DNA from: a virus
Lineage: Duplodnaviria > Caudoviricetes
Direction: 5' to 3' (one strand)
DNA: 58,439 nt
IMG/VR virus record: IMGVR_UViG_3300034091_000288
Coordinates: 1-58,439 of that record
Below are positions 18,186-27,314 of the stretch, piece by piece. The position numbers and the translations under genes are program-made. The notes beneath the pieces are model-generated. The model saw nothing but the letters and a program-made list of their open reading frames with translations. It was not told where the DNA came from and did not search any database. Every line of letters starts with the position of its first letter. Position 1 is the first letter of the stretch.

Positions 18186-21100
18186 CGCTTCTTCCCCCAC
18201 AGGTGCCCTTGGTAATCACTCACGCCCGGCAAGTCGGCCCAGCGGTCCGCCTTCCCCAAATTCGCAATGCGTTCCTTCACGCCCTTGATGGAGCCCGCCG
18301 GCAAGCCCGCCTCGCGCATCGCGCGCACCACTTTCGTCAGGTTCTTCTCGTACACCGTGGCGAAGTACTTGGGCGCGCCCACGCCGCGACCCCGGCCCTG
18401 TTCCTTCATGGCGCGGGAGAGCATGGCCTGGCGCTCCGAATTGTAGTAGTCGCCCTGGTCGGGAAACGCGCCGCCGTGGTCGATGAGCCGGATCTTGTCG
18501 TGCGCGTCCGTATGCACGAGCCAGTTGCCGCCGTTGCGGTCCGTGTTGCCGATCACGTAATCGAAGGCCGCACAGCGGCCCAGGTCCTTGAGCCCGTCGT
18601 AAGGATCGCGCACGGCGTCCGCCGCCTTGCCGTCCTCGAACTCCAAAATCGCGCAGCGCGTCGGCACGCCGGGGCCGCCGATCTCGCCCGCGCCCAGAGC
18701 GGCGTGACGCCGGTCGAGCGTCGTCTTGGGGAAATCGTTCACGGTGACTTCGGCGACCGGAGCCACGAGATCGTCCATGCCCACCGCCTTCGCCACGAGC
18801 CAGGCTCCGCGTTCGCGCTCCGTCTGGTAGCCGTTGCTCAGCACGTGGTCGCGGAAGCGCGACATGTCGCCTTCGCCGTCCTGCGGCTTCATGACGCCCC
18901 GCGTGCCGTCCGGCAGCGTGACGAGCTGCGTCACCGCGACGTGGTGGTTGCCCAACGGCGCGTAACTCACGACGCCCGCTTCCACCTGCTTTTCCAAGTG
19001 GTACTCGCGGGCGCAGGCGCGATGCTGCCAGCCCACGGCGTCCTCTTCCTCGCCGTGGCCGGGCTCGTGCCGCGCGTAGAATTCTTCCTCGGGCTGGATC
19101 GTCCCGCCGCAGTGCTCGCACCAGCCTTTGTACGGACTGTCGGACAGGACCAGCGTGTTGCCCTTTTCGTCCTGGTACTTTTCGCCCAGGGCGCCGTAGC
19201 GATGTCCCACAAACTTCGGCGGGCTCGGAGCCTGGGCAGGTTCGGCCACGCCCGCGCTCGTGCCGAAGCGCCCGCCGCCCGGCGTTCCCGCTGGCACCCG
19301 GGGATGCTTCGCTTCGTCCCACGGGCCGCCCTTGGCCACTTTCCCGAACACCGCGAGCACCGCGCAGTTGCAGTTGGGGTGCGCGGGAGGCACGCGGTCG
19401 CCGGAGGGAAAGGGCTCGCCCAGGGGCACGATCTCGCCGTCGTTCAAGTCGCAGTCGCAGCCTTCGACGTGATCCGCGCCCACCTGCCAGGTCACGCTCT
19501 TCACGATCCCGGTGTCCTGCCACACGTTGTAATTCGACGTGCTCTGCGCGAAGGACACTTCCGTGCGCGCAATCATCTCGGCGCGCGAGTCGGAGAACGC
19601 GCCCGCGTCCTGAATGTTCGCGACGAGCTGAGGCAAGGGCGTCTCCTGCGCGAAGCCGTTCGACACGATGCGCCGCAGATCGTCCCGCGTGGTGTCGCTG
19701 ATGGCCCACTTCGGGTTGGGGTTCTCGACCAGGGAGCCATCCGGCTGCCGCCGCATCCCCACCATCTCGGCCGCCCGGTTCTGCGCCCAATCGCGCGCGC
19801 GGGCATTGAGGCTGGAAATCAGGTCGCGGCTGCCGATCTCCAGTTCCTTGATCCCTTTCGCGGTCCCGGCCAGGCTCGCGGTATAGAGCGGCTCCATCGC
19901 GTCTTCCACCACGGGCTCGAACAGCTCGCGCAGGGTGAGGTAGATTTCGTCGGCCAGCTCGTTCGAGTCCGAGGGCGTGGGCCCGTCCTTCAAGAGCTGC
20001 GCCATCTGCGCCTTGTCGCCCGTGAAGGGAATGGTGCGGATGCGGTCGAAGTCCTCCGGGTCCGCCTGCCGCGCCCGGTAGCTGGTTTCGGTTTCGTCCA
20101 GCTCCGTCTTGTAGTCGTGCGCCTTGAGCCACTCTTTCACCGCCGCTTCCGTCCAGGCGTCCTTCGGGGTGAAGATCAAGCTCTGCACTTCGGTGCGCCC
20201 GCCCTGCGGGCCTTTCTCATCTTTCGAGCGCACGCCCACCGTGGCCTGGATGCGCCGCGCGGCCTTGTCGATCCCCCACTTCGCGAAGTGATAGTCGACG
20301 TAAACCTTCTCGACTTTCCCGTGCAGCTTGAGCAGCCGCCCGGCTTCCTCCTTGGCCCGGTCGCGCTGCCGGCGAAAGACGCGTTGCAGCGTCAGCATCA
20401 AGTCCCGCTCGGCACGCTGGCTGTCGCGGGTGCGGTACCCTGGGACGATCCTCGGGGCGAGATGCGCGTGCGGGTTGATCGGCTCGATGACCGCCTTGCC
20501 CACCGCCCGCTCCGTGCCCAGGTAGGGGAAGCCGCGGAACTCTTCGCAGCAAGCGCCCGCCTCGACCACCTTGGTCTTGTGCAGCGCGTCGGCCCACGGC
20601 ATCTCGGGGTCTTCCAGAATCTCCGGATGCTCGCAGCGCCCGTGATGCACGAGCGTCAAGTGCGGCTCCGCTTCGCCCTGGTCGGGCTTGCGGTCCTCAA
20701 ACCAGATGCAGTGGTCGCAGCGGAAGGGGCCTTCCTTGGACGCCGAATATTTCGTGCGCTTCGTGCCCGTGGGCGCGGGGTTGCGCGGGTCGTCCGTCTT
20801 CAAAATGGCGAGCACGCGCGTGCCGCGTGTGGCTTTCCAGTAAGGCTGGAAGGTGCGCACCGCCTGCACGAAGCTCGGCGACCACTCGCCCATGAAGCGG
20901 GTGTTGCGGTCATCGACGAACTCCACCGCCTCCTGGGGCTTCTGGTTCGTCACATCCGTGATGTACGCCGTCGCGCCGTGCTCCTGCAAGAATTTCCAGA
21001 TGGGCTCGAAGTCGTCGCGCGCCGTGAGGATCACGAGGTCGAAGTCCGAAGCCAGGTCACGCAGGGCTTCAATCGCGCCCTTGGTCGGCTCGCCGATGGC

Positions 21101-21553
21101 CAGGGGGTCTTGGCCCGTGGGATCGCCCACTTGCAGCGTGGCGTCGAAGTCGATGCAGAGGACCGGCTTGCGCAGGAGCTCGTCCAGCGCTTTCAAGACT
21201 TCGCCTTCGATGCCCTTGGCGGTGGGCAGAAAGAAGCCCTTCTCGGCGTCGTCCTCTTCGTCCTCGTCGCCTTCGATCAGCAGGTCATCGGAAAGAATGG
21301 CGAAGCCGTCCACTTTGCCGAGCAGGTCGGCGAGGTTCGTCGCGACGTGCAGCACGTCCGCGCTCAAGCCGGGGCGCTGCGCGAAGGCGAGCACGGCCTG
21401 GCGCAAGTCCTCGGGTTTCTCGGTGCAGCCTTCTTTGCAGAACGTGCCCAACTCCGTGGGGTCCGCGTCGCCCACGGCGGCGAGAAACTCCCACCAGCCG
21501 GGCCCGGACGCCACCGCGCCCACATAGTCGTCACCGTAGAGCGAGAGTGCCAT
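18182..21553 (-). CDS. Multidomain MuF minor head protein: HAD-like, Cys cluster, MuF, Zn finger, PI3/4K-HipA-like kinase
   Basis: CIDFDATL; CDHC..C..CC; RAEMIARTE...PPAHPNCNC; WDEAKHPR..GGRF; VMKP..ERE..FDYVIGNTDRNGGN..LIDHG. Confidence 0.85.
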   Translation of the reverse strand: MALSLYGDDYVGAVASGPGWWEFLAAVGDADPTELGTFCKEGCTEKPEDLRQAVLAFAQRPGLSADVLHVATNLADLLGKVDGFAILSDDLLIEGDEDEEDDAEKGFFLPTAKGIEGEVLKALDELLRKPVLCIDFDATLQVGDPTGQDPLAIGEPTKGAIEALRDLASDFDLVILTARDDFEPIWKFLQEHGATAYITDVTNQKPQEAVEFVDDRNTRFMGEWSPSFVQAVRTFQPYWKATRGTRVLAILKTDDPRNPAPTGTKRTKYSASKEGPFRCDHCIWFEDRKPDQGEAEPHLTLVHHGRCEHPEILEDPEMPWADALHKTKVVEAGACCEEFRGFPYLGTERAVGKAVIEPINPHAHLAPRIVPGYRTRDSQRAERDLMLTLQRVFRRQRDRAKEEAGRLLKLHGKVEKVYVDYHFAKWGIDKAARRIQATVGVRSKDEKGPQGGRTEVQSLIFTPKDAWTEAAVKEWLKAHDYKTELDETETSYRARQADPEDFDRIRTIPFTGDKAQMAQLLKDGPTPSDSNELADEIYLTLRELFEPVVEDAMEPLYTASLAGTAKGIKELEIGSRDLISSLNARARDWAQNRAAEMVGMRRQPDGSLVENPNPKWAISDTTRDDLRRIVSNGFAQETPLPQLVANIQDAGAFSDSRAEMIARTEVSFAQSTSNYNVWQDTGIVKSVTWQVGADHVEGCDCDLNDGEIVPLGEPFPSGDRVPPAHPNCNCAVLAVFGKVAKGGPWDEAKHPRVPAGTPGGGRFGTSAGVAEPAQAPSPPKFVGHRYGALGEKYQDEKGNTLVLSDSPYKGWCEHCGGTIQPEEEFYARHEPGHGEEEDAVGWQHRACAREYHLEKQVEAGVVSYAPLGNHHVAVTQLVTLPDGTRGVMKPQDGEGDMSRFRDHVLSNGYQTERERGAWLVAKAVGMDDLVAPVAEVTVNDFPKTTLDRRHAALGAGEIGGPGVPTRCAILEFEDGKAADAVRDPYDGLKDLGRCAAFDYVIGNTDRNGGNWLVHTDAHDKIRLIDHGGAFPDQGDYYNSERQAMLSRAMKEQGRGRGVGAPKYFATVYEKNLTKVVRAMREAGLPAGSIKGVKERIANLGKADRWADLPGVSDYQGHLWGKKR

Positions 21554-22877
21554 AGCCGTCCTCCTGGGCCTTGCGCCGCAGGTCGGCGGCGCTCACCTTG
21601 CGGATGTAGGCGCGCAACTGGCTGAGGCTCTTGAGCCGGGTCATCGTGCCCATGCGGAACGCGCCCATGCCCGCGCGCACGTAGACGCGCTCCGGGCCGC
21701 TGCCGCGCTGGTCGATCAACACGCAAAAGCCCTTCGCCTTGAGCCGCTGCAACTCCGCCACTTTGCGCGCCAGGCATTCGGGCCGCATGTTGATGCGCAG
21801 GTTGGTCTCGCCGGCGCCCACGAGCGTTTTGACTTCCAGCGCGAGGCGCGGCTTCGTCACCAGCACGTCGAGCGGCTTCAGGTCGCCCGTGAGTTGGCCG
21901 CCCACGGCCTTGGCGACGCGCGCTTCGTTCGCGTGCGCGATGCGCTGACTGTTCCGGTCGGCGGGCTTGAAGTTTTTCTTCGCCGCCGCCACGCGGTCGT
22001 AGGCGCGCTGTCCCACCATGCGCGCGGGCCCGCGCTCGATGACGCCCTGGTCGTTGATGAACACATGCGCGCCGGAGATCGTCACCCAGCCCTTGCTTAC
22101 GGCGATGCCGAAGCGCTGGCCGATCACGTTGCGCCGCCCGATGAGCGTGGAAAGGGCCGCCAGTGGATCCCCGTAGCCGTGCAGCTCATCCATCCAGCCC
22201 GCCAGCCCGGAGGCTTGCACGAGGTCGCGCAGCCGGTCATCGGGCAGGGTCTCGACCAGGTGCGCGGCCTGCGCCTTCAGCTCCTCCTCCGTGAGCGACT
22301 GAAACACCGGGTTCGCGGCGCGCAGGCTGTCGATCTGCGGCACCGCGTCGGCCGCGAAGTCTTTCAGCTGGCCTTGCGCCCGGAACACCATGGTGCTGCC
22401 GTTGTCGATGCGGTAGTCGTGGCCATCCTGGGCGCGCAGGATGTTGCGCCCGGTCGTGCCGATCACGTCATGGTTCGCGAGGAAAGCGTCCGCGACGAAA
22501 CCGTTGCGCACGTCCGCGCTCGCCGCCCATTCTTCCGGCGTGAGCGGTCGGCCCTCGATGTAGCGATTCGCAATGCCCAGGTGTCCACATTCGCCATAGC
22601 CCACGTTGCCCCACACGAGCTGGCTCTCGGGCGCGGGAATGCCCAGGGCGCGATAGAGGCTGTTGGCCAGCAACTCGCAGCGCGGCTGCTGTTCGTCGCT
22701 CTGCGAAAACTTGACGTACCAGCGCCCGCCGTCCGGGTCTTCGAACACGCCGCCCGGGTTGGAGCCGCGCGCCTCGCCCACCTTCGTCCAGGCGTCCAGC
22801 AGGGTCACGCCATGCGGGCCGGGTTCGAGCGGCTCGAGTTTTCCGAGCGTGCCGCAGAAGAGGCTGCCGAGGTTCAT
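21531..22877 (-). CDS. HipA/PI3K-like kinase fused to PD-(D/E)xK nuclease-like domain
   Basis: GSNPGG..YVK..E.LAN..DAFLANHDVIG..N..RIDNG; WVTISGAHV linker; E..PLDV..LEVKT. Confidence 0.75.
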   Translation of the reverse strand: MNLGSLFCGTLGKLEPLEPGPHGVTLLDAWTKVGEARGSNPGGVFEDPDGGRWYVKFSQSDEQQPRCELLANSLYRALGIPAPESQLVWGNVGYGECGHLGIANRYIEGRPLTPEEWAASADVRNGFVADAFLANHDVIGTTGRNILRAQDGHDYRIDNGSTMVFRAQGQLKDFAADAVPQIDSLRAANPVFQSLTEEELKAQAAHLVETLPDDRLRDLVQASGLAGWMDELHGYGDPLAALSTLIGRRNVIGQRFGIAVSKGWVTISGAHVFINDQGVIERGPARMVGQRAYDRVAAAKKNFKPADRNSQRIAHANEARVAKAVGGQLTGDLKPLDVLVTKPRLALEVKTLVGAGETNLRINMRPECLARKVAELQRLKAKGFCVLIDQRGSGPERVYVRAGMGAFRMGTMTRLKSLSQLRAYIRKVSAADLRRKAQEDGYGTLALR

Positions 22878-22928
22878 CCGAAGTCCCTGTCGTAACTAAG
22901 CCATTCTTATGGCCTAACAATGGCCATC

Positions 22929-23141
22929 TTATCCGTGCGCCAAGTGCAGCGGTTGGACGGGGTGCAACAGCGTGAGATACTTTCCGCCGCCCGCCTTGCG
23001 GACGGCGACGGCGTGCGGGTCGCAGAGGTTCAGCTCGTTCGCATAGATGTACTTCGACGCCTGGCCGCATTCCTCGTCCCAGGGATGCTCGCGCGCCTGG
23101 CAGACGCCGTGGTCGATCCCGCACTCGGAACACACCGCCAT
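22929..23141 (-). CDS. Small Cys/His-rich protein
   Basis: ATG abuts stop of Nudix-ART gene; CSEC. Confidence 0.55.
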   Translation of the reverse strand: MAVCSECGIDHGVCQAREHPWDEECGQASKYIYANELNLCDPHAVAVRKAGGGKYLTLLHPVQPLHLAHG

Positions 23142-23142
23142 C

Positions 23143-24486
23143 TCAGTACACCTTCTGCTGCCGCAGGGTGATCGTCACCCGCTCCACCGGGATCGTCAGC
23201 CCGGAGCGCCGGCGCCACGTCGCCGCCTCGCGCTCGACCTTCTCCACCTGGAACACGCCGTCCGTGACAAACTCTTTCTGGTCGCGGTCGGCCAGCGCAT
23301 CGAGCGCCACGCCCTTCGCCTTGCCCACCAGCCGGAACAGATACTCGTGATTGAGGGACGGCGCGCGCTCCGCGAACTGCAACGCCAGGGTGCGGTCGCC
23401 GGAAAAAGACGCGAGGCGATCGACTTCCAGCGTTTCGCCCGGTGCGAGCTTCTCCAGCGCCGGGATGGGATCTTGCGCGTGCAAGCCGCGCCACACGTCG
23501 ACGTCGCGCTCGGGAGCCAGGCGGATGTGCTCGACGAGGCGCACGGCCGCGCGCGCGCTCACTTCCGGGTTGTTGGCAAAGGGCTCCGCGTCGAGCCGGG
23601 TTTCCTTGGGCTCGTAATCGAAGTGATACTCCCGGTTGAGCCAGCGGGCGCCCTGCTGCCATTCCGCGAGCTGCTCCTGCCCGCCGATGATGTAGCTGTG
23701 GGAAGCGTCGCTCACCGCCTTGCCCCACTGGATGAACTTCGAGTAGGCGCTGGCGGCTTCGAAGTCCGCCTGCACGTCCGGCGCGTAGCTCTGCGCAATG
23801 AGTTGGACGCTTTTCTGCCAGCGCTCCTCGGGCGTGGCGTCGAGGCGCAGATCGTGGATGGAGTAGGGTTTATAGGCCCGCAGCGCCGCGAGCACGGCGT
23901 GGTCGGGCGTGGCCTGGCCGTCGAGATCGAGCAACATCTGGTCGAGGGTCGGCCCGTCGAGGGGCACCAGACTGACGCGCTCCGTCTCCGCCGTCTGCAT
24001 GGCCCAGGGCGCGCCGGCCACGCGATGCCCGAGATAGTAGCGCACGTCCGCTTCCGCTTCCCCGCGATGCCGGTGGAAGTCGCCGAGCAGCGCGTCAATC
24101 GCCGCCACGAGGCCCGTCTCTTCCCAGGTCTCCCGGATAGCCGCGTGCTGCGCCGTCTCGCCCGCCTGCAAGGTGCCTTTCGGAAACGTGTTCCGGTACC
24201 CGCCGAACTGATGCGTGGGGGAAGTCACCCACACCTGGTTCGCCGGCTCGAGCACGAGAATCCCCGCCGCGCGCACCGGCGTGTCGGGCTCCGTCAGCGT
24301 GTCGTTGATGAGCAGGGAGTAGATCGGGGTGTCGGCCGAGAGGACGAGCCCGTTGAGCACCGTGGGCCTGCGGTCCTGGGCGCGCCAGCTTTGCACGCCG
24401 CCATAGCCCAGCAGTTCCTTGCGCAGCGTGAGGCAAAACGCTTCTCGGACGGCGCGGGCTTTGAGTTGGAGGATCTCCGGGGTCAC
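23143..24486 (-). CDS. Nudix hydrolase fused to ADP-ribosyltransferase
   Basis: GTG overlapping portal stop; full Nudix box G-TLQAG-E-TAQHAAI-RETWEETGL; R-S-E ART motifs VWRG, ASFS, QKE. Confidence 0.8.
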   Translation of the reverse strand: MTPEILQLKARAVREAFCLTLRKELLGYGGVQSWRAQDRRPTVLNGLVLSADTPIYSLLINDTLTEPDTPVRAAGILVLEPANQVWVTSPTHQFGGYRNTFPKGTLQAGETAQHAAIRETWEETGLVAAIDALLGDFHRHRGEAEADVRYYLGHRVAGAPWAMQTAETERVSLVPLDGPTLDQMLLDLDGQATPDHAVLAALRAYKPYSIHDLRLDATPEERWQKSVQLIAQSYAPDVQADFEAASAYSKFIQWGKAVSDASHSYIIGGQEQLAEWQQGARWLNREYHFDYEPKETRLDAEPFANNPEVSARAAVRLVEHIRLAPERDVDVWRGLHAQDPIPALEKLAPGETLEVDRLASFSGDRTLALQFAERAPSLNHEYLFRLVGKAKGVALDALADRDQKEFVTDGVFQVEKVEREAATWRRRSGLTIPVERVTITLRQQKVY

Positions 24487-26315
24487 GTCTCGACGAGTTC
24501 TTCGGCGTACTCCGCCTCGACCCGGTGCAGCTCCAGCAGGGCGCAGCGGAAACAGCCGTCGATGTATTCCGCGTGGTCGCCACAATGGTGCGGCTGCTCC
24601 GTGAGGACTTTTTTGGCTGCGGGCTTCTTCGCGGGCTTGCCCGGAGGCGTGGCCGGGCCAGCGGCAGCCGGGGCTCCGGGAGCGGCGGGAAGCAGAGCGG
24701 GAGGCTTCTTTTCCGCCAGCTCGACCTGGCGCTGATGGTTCTGCTCGCTTTGGGCTTGCTGCTTCGCGTCCGTCTCGGCTTGGTGCTGCTCGATGTTGGC
24801 GTGCATTTCCTTGGCCGCCGGGCCTTGTCCGGAACCGAGCGCGCCCGCTTCCTGCGTCACCATGCCGCCCGTGAGCGGCACGAAGCCGTTCTGCGTCATG
24901 ACGCCGGGCTCCTGCGCTTCGGGATAAGGGAAGGGATCGTCGCCCAGGCGCTCGCGGATCTCGTTGATCGTCTTGACGCCGATGGACACGTAGGTCTTGT
25001 CCACGGTCGCCTGCTTGTCGATGTCCACTTCGGTCTGCTGGGCCCAGGCGAACTCGATGTCCGCGAACTGCATGTGGCGCTGGATGACCAGGTTCATCTG
25101 GTCCTGAATCCAGCCCAGCTTGGGCAGCAAGCCTTCCTCTTCGCTCGACTCGGCCGACTGCTGCGCCGTGGCGCGGTTCATCATGCGGAGCATGGCCTGG
25201 GGCGTCGTGCCCAGCGCGTAGGCCACGGCCTGGAACAGCCATTCGTCCATGGCGTCCTTGAGCAAGACTTCTTTCGGGAAGACGATGTTGGGCCGCGCGC
25301 CTTCCTTGTTCGTGCCGTAGCCGGGCAGGAAGGTGAGCCGGCGCCGCTTCGCCAAGTCGCCCGCCAAGATCGAGTCGAACCATTCCTGGGTTTCCTTGAC
25401 GCGCTGCAACGGCAAGTCCTGGGGCATGAACACGAGGGCTTCCGGCATGTTGCCCGACGTGTAGTAGTCGAGCTGAAACTTCTGGCGGTTCAAGCCGATG
25501 GCGATGGTGACCATGATCTGCTCGACCGGCGAGAGCCCGTAGCGGCGGTTGGTCCGCGGGTTGCGCATCGCGTAGAGCAGATCGTTCACCGTCAGGTCGA
25601 AGGCGGGCATCCCGTAGAGCACCTGCTGATAGGCAACTTGCGGGAACGGCGGGGTGAAGCCCTGGTCGGTCAACATGCGCCCGATGGTGCCGCCGTCGAT
25701 GACGCGCAGGTTGGCGATGCGCCGCTTCACGTCGCGCTCCAGGTAGATCGAGGCGGCGTCGATCACGAGCATGTCCTCCAGGAACGGGCGCACCCAGGTT
25801 TTCCAGGGCGTCATGCCGTCCGGATACTTGAAGAACTGCGTGAGCTTTTGCAGGCGGGGATCGCTGCCCGAGCGCGACTTGTACCCCTTCTGGTCTTCGC
25901 CCTTCTTGCGGACCAGGCGGATTTCCCAGTCCGCTTCGCACAGCCGGTCCTTCACGGTTTCGATGACAATGCGGAGCATGTCCCAGGCGACGGAGAATTC
26001 CCGCAGCAGCAGGAACCCGGGCCCCTGCCCTTCGATCTCGCTCTTGGGCGTCCAGACGATGTTCGCGCCCGGCTGGATCTCGTACTGCCGCACGCGCTGC
26101 CCCGCCGGAGCCATGGGCTTGATCGGCTGCAAGGCCGAGAACCAGTAGCCCGCCACTACGTCCGTGATGACGTGCGAGCCGCCCGTGGGCATGACCTGGG
26201 GGATGTTGAGGATTTGCGCGCCCGCCGGAAGCGCGAAGCTGCTGGGAGCCTGCTTCGCCAGGGCTTGCGTGCCGTTGCCGTTGCCGTTGCGCTTGCCCCG
26301 ATCAAAAAGACCCAT
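24483..26315 (-). CDS. Portal protein
   Basis: LEDMLVIDA, IDGGTI, YGLSPVEQ, GNMPE, TINEIRERLG. Confidence 0.92.
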   Translation of the reverse strand: MGLFDRGKRNGNGNGTQALAKQAPSSFALPAGAQILNIPQVMPTGGSHVITDVVAGYWFSALQPIKPMAPAGQRVRQYEIQPGANIVWTPKSEIEGQGPGFLLLREFSVAWDMLRIVIETVKDRLCEADWEIRLVRKKGEDQKGYKSRSGSDPRLQKLTQFFKYPDGMTPWKTWVRPFLEDMLVIDAASIYLERDVKRRIANLRVIDGGTIGRMLTDQGFTPPFPQVAYQQVLYGMPAFDLTVNDLLYAMRNPRTNRRYGLSPVEQIMVTIAIGLNRQKFQLDYYTSGNMPEALVFMPQDLPLQRVKETQEWFDSILAGDLAKRRRLTFLPGYGTNKEGARPNIVFPKEVLLKDAMDEWLFQAVAYALGTTPQAMLRMMNRATAQQSAESSEEEGLLPKLGWIQDQMNLVIQRHMQFADIEFAWAQQTEVDIDKQATVDKTYVSIGVKTINEIRERLGDDPFPYPEAQEPGVMTQNGFVPLTGGMVTQEAGALGSGQGPAAKEMHANIEQHQAETDAKQQAQSEQNHQRQVELAEKKPPALLPAAPGAPAAAGPATPPGKPAKKPAAKKVLTEQPHHCGDHAEYIDGCFRCALLELHRVEAEYAEELVET

Positions 26316-26319
26316 CGCG

Positions 26320-26661
26320 TTAGTCCTTCGGGAGTTCGGGAATTTCGATGGCCCACTTCGCAGCCGGAACCAAGGGCTTCTTGAACCAGGGCGCTTTGCA
26401 GATGTGGCACTGATGGACGACCGCGCCCTTGCTGCCGTCTTGCAGTTCCAAGCCCGCCGCCCAGCGGATCTCGCCCTCGCGATGCCCGCAGGCCGGGCAC
26501 TTGCCGTTGGGGTCCTCGCGCGCCAGCAAGTCCTCGGGGCTGCCCGCGCGGGTGGCTCGCGCGTCCCGCCACGCCTGCCGCAGCCTCCGCCCGATCATCG
26601 CGTCGGCCAACGGTTCATAAAGGGCGCGGAGATGGTCGAGCAACCAGGAGAGCACGTTCAA
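26320..26661 (-). CDS. Zn-ribbon protein
   Basis: CPACG...CHICK. Confidence 0.55.
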   Translation of the reverse strand: MNVLSWLLDHLRALYEPLADAMIGRRLRQAWRDARATRAGSPEDLLAREDPNGKCPACGHREGEIRWAAGLELQDGSKGAVVHQCHICKAPWFKKPLVPAAKWAIEIPELPKD

Positions 26662-26701
26662 GCCTATACCCTAAAAGTTTTGAAGGGGAAAGGAGTTTGC
26701 C

Positions 26702-27190
26702 TTACGGCTGAAAGTCGTGGTCCATGCCCACGTCGCCGCGCGCCGCTTCGGCAGTGTGCGCGGACTGGGGCTTCCCGCAGACGAAACCGCCCTCGGCGTT
26801 GGTGCAGAGAAGCTCGGGCACGACGTCGACCGGGAAGGGCGAATCCGGTCCATGCAACTCCTTGAGCGTGGGCCAAGAGGGCGACTCCGGTCCATGCAAC
26901 TGCTGGATCGGCAACGGCCCGTCCGACTCCACCACTTCCTTGAGCATCTGCCTGAGCGTGGGGTCTTTGCCGCCCGGCTGCCGCTCGTGGAACTTGAGGT
27001 TGAGCACCGTCATCGTGTAGTTCTCAATCTGGGCTTGCGTGTACACGCCGCCGGACTGGAGCACGAACGTGCCTTGCTCGATGGCGTCCGCCAGGTCGCG
27101 CAGGAAAGCCGCGGTGCCCTTGCTGTCCATGCCGAAGCTGTGGCCGCCTTCGGGACTCGTGAGCCGGGCCAGATCGTAAGCGCTGAGCAT
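26702..27190 (-). CDS. Hypothetical protein with short internal duplication
   Basis: GAGGAGG RBS; QLHGPESP / ELHGPDSP. Confidence 0.7.
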   Translation of the reverse strand: MLSAYDLARLTSPEGGHSFGMDSKGTAAFLRDLADAIEQGTFVLQSGGVYTQAQIENYTMTVLNLKFHERQPGGKDPTLRQMLKEVVESDGPLPIQQLHGPESPSWPTLKELHGPDSPFPVDVVPELLCTNAEGGFVCGKPQSAHTAEAARGDVGMDHDFQP

Positions 27191-27212
27191 GATGCCTCCT
27201 CGGGAAAGAGTT

Positions 27213-27289
27213 TGGAGCTGCTGAGTGGACTCGAACCACCGACCCCCTGCTTACGAGGCAGGCGCTCTAACCGACTGAGCTACAGCAGC
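27213..27289 (-). tRNA. tRNA-Thr(CGT)
   Basis: Full cloverleaf: GCTGCTG/CAGCAGC acceptor, loop CTCGTAA, TTCGAGT T-loop, encoded CCA. Confidence 0.97.
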
Positions 27290-27314
27290 CCAGGTTGACT
27301 TATATCGCTACGGA

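Noticed and set aside
2973-21625. Very long plus-strand ORFs (1084, 861, 1140 aa and others)
   Set aside because: Antisense shadows of GC-rich genes with no motifs.
23143-25941. 932-aa ORF as one protein
   Set aside because: Its first half is an alternate frame of the portal; the real gene starts at GTG 24486.
26838-26905. Direct repeat GGGCGAnTCCGGTCCATGCAACT
   Set aside because: In-frame two-copy duplication within a coding sequence; no sign of a DNA-level function.
27213-27289. tRNA-Thr(CGT) acting as initiator for the ACG-start protease, or as attP
   Set aside because: It has ordinary elongator features (paired G1-C72), and no duplicated tRNA end or integrase is visible.
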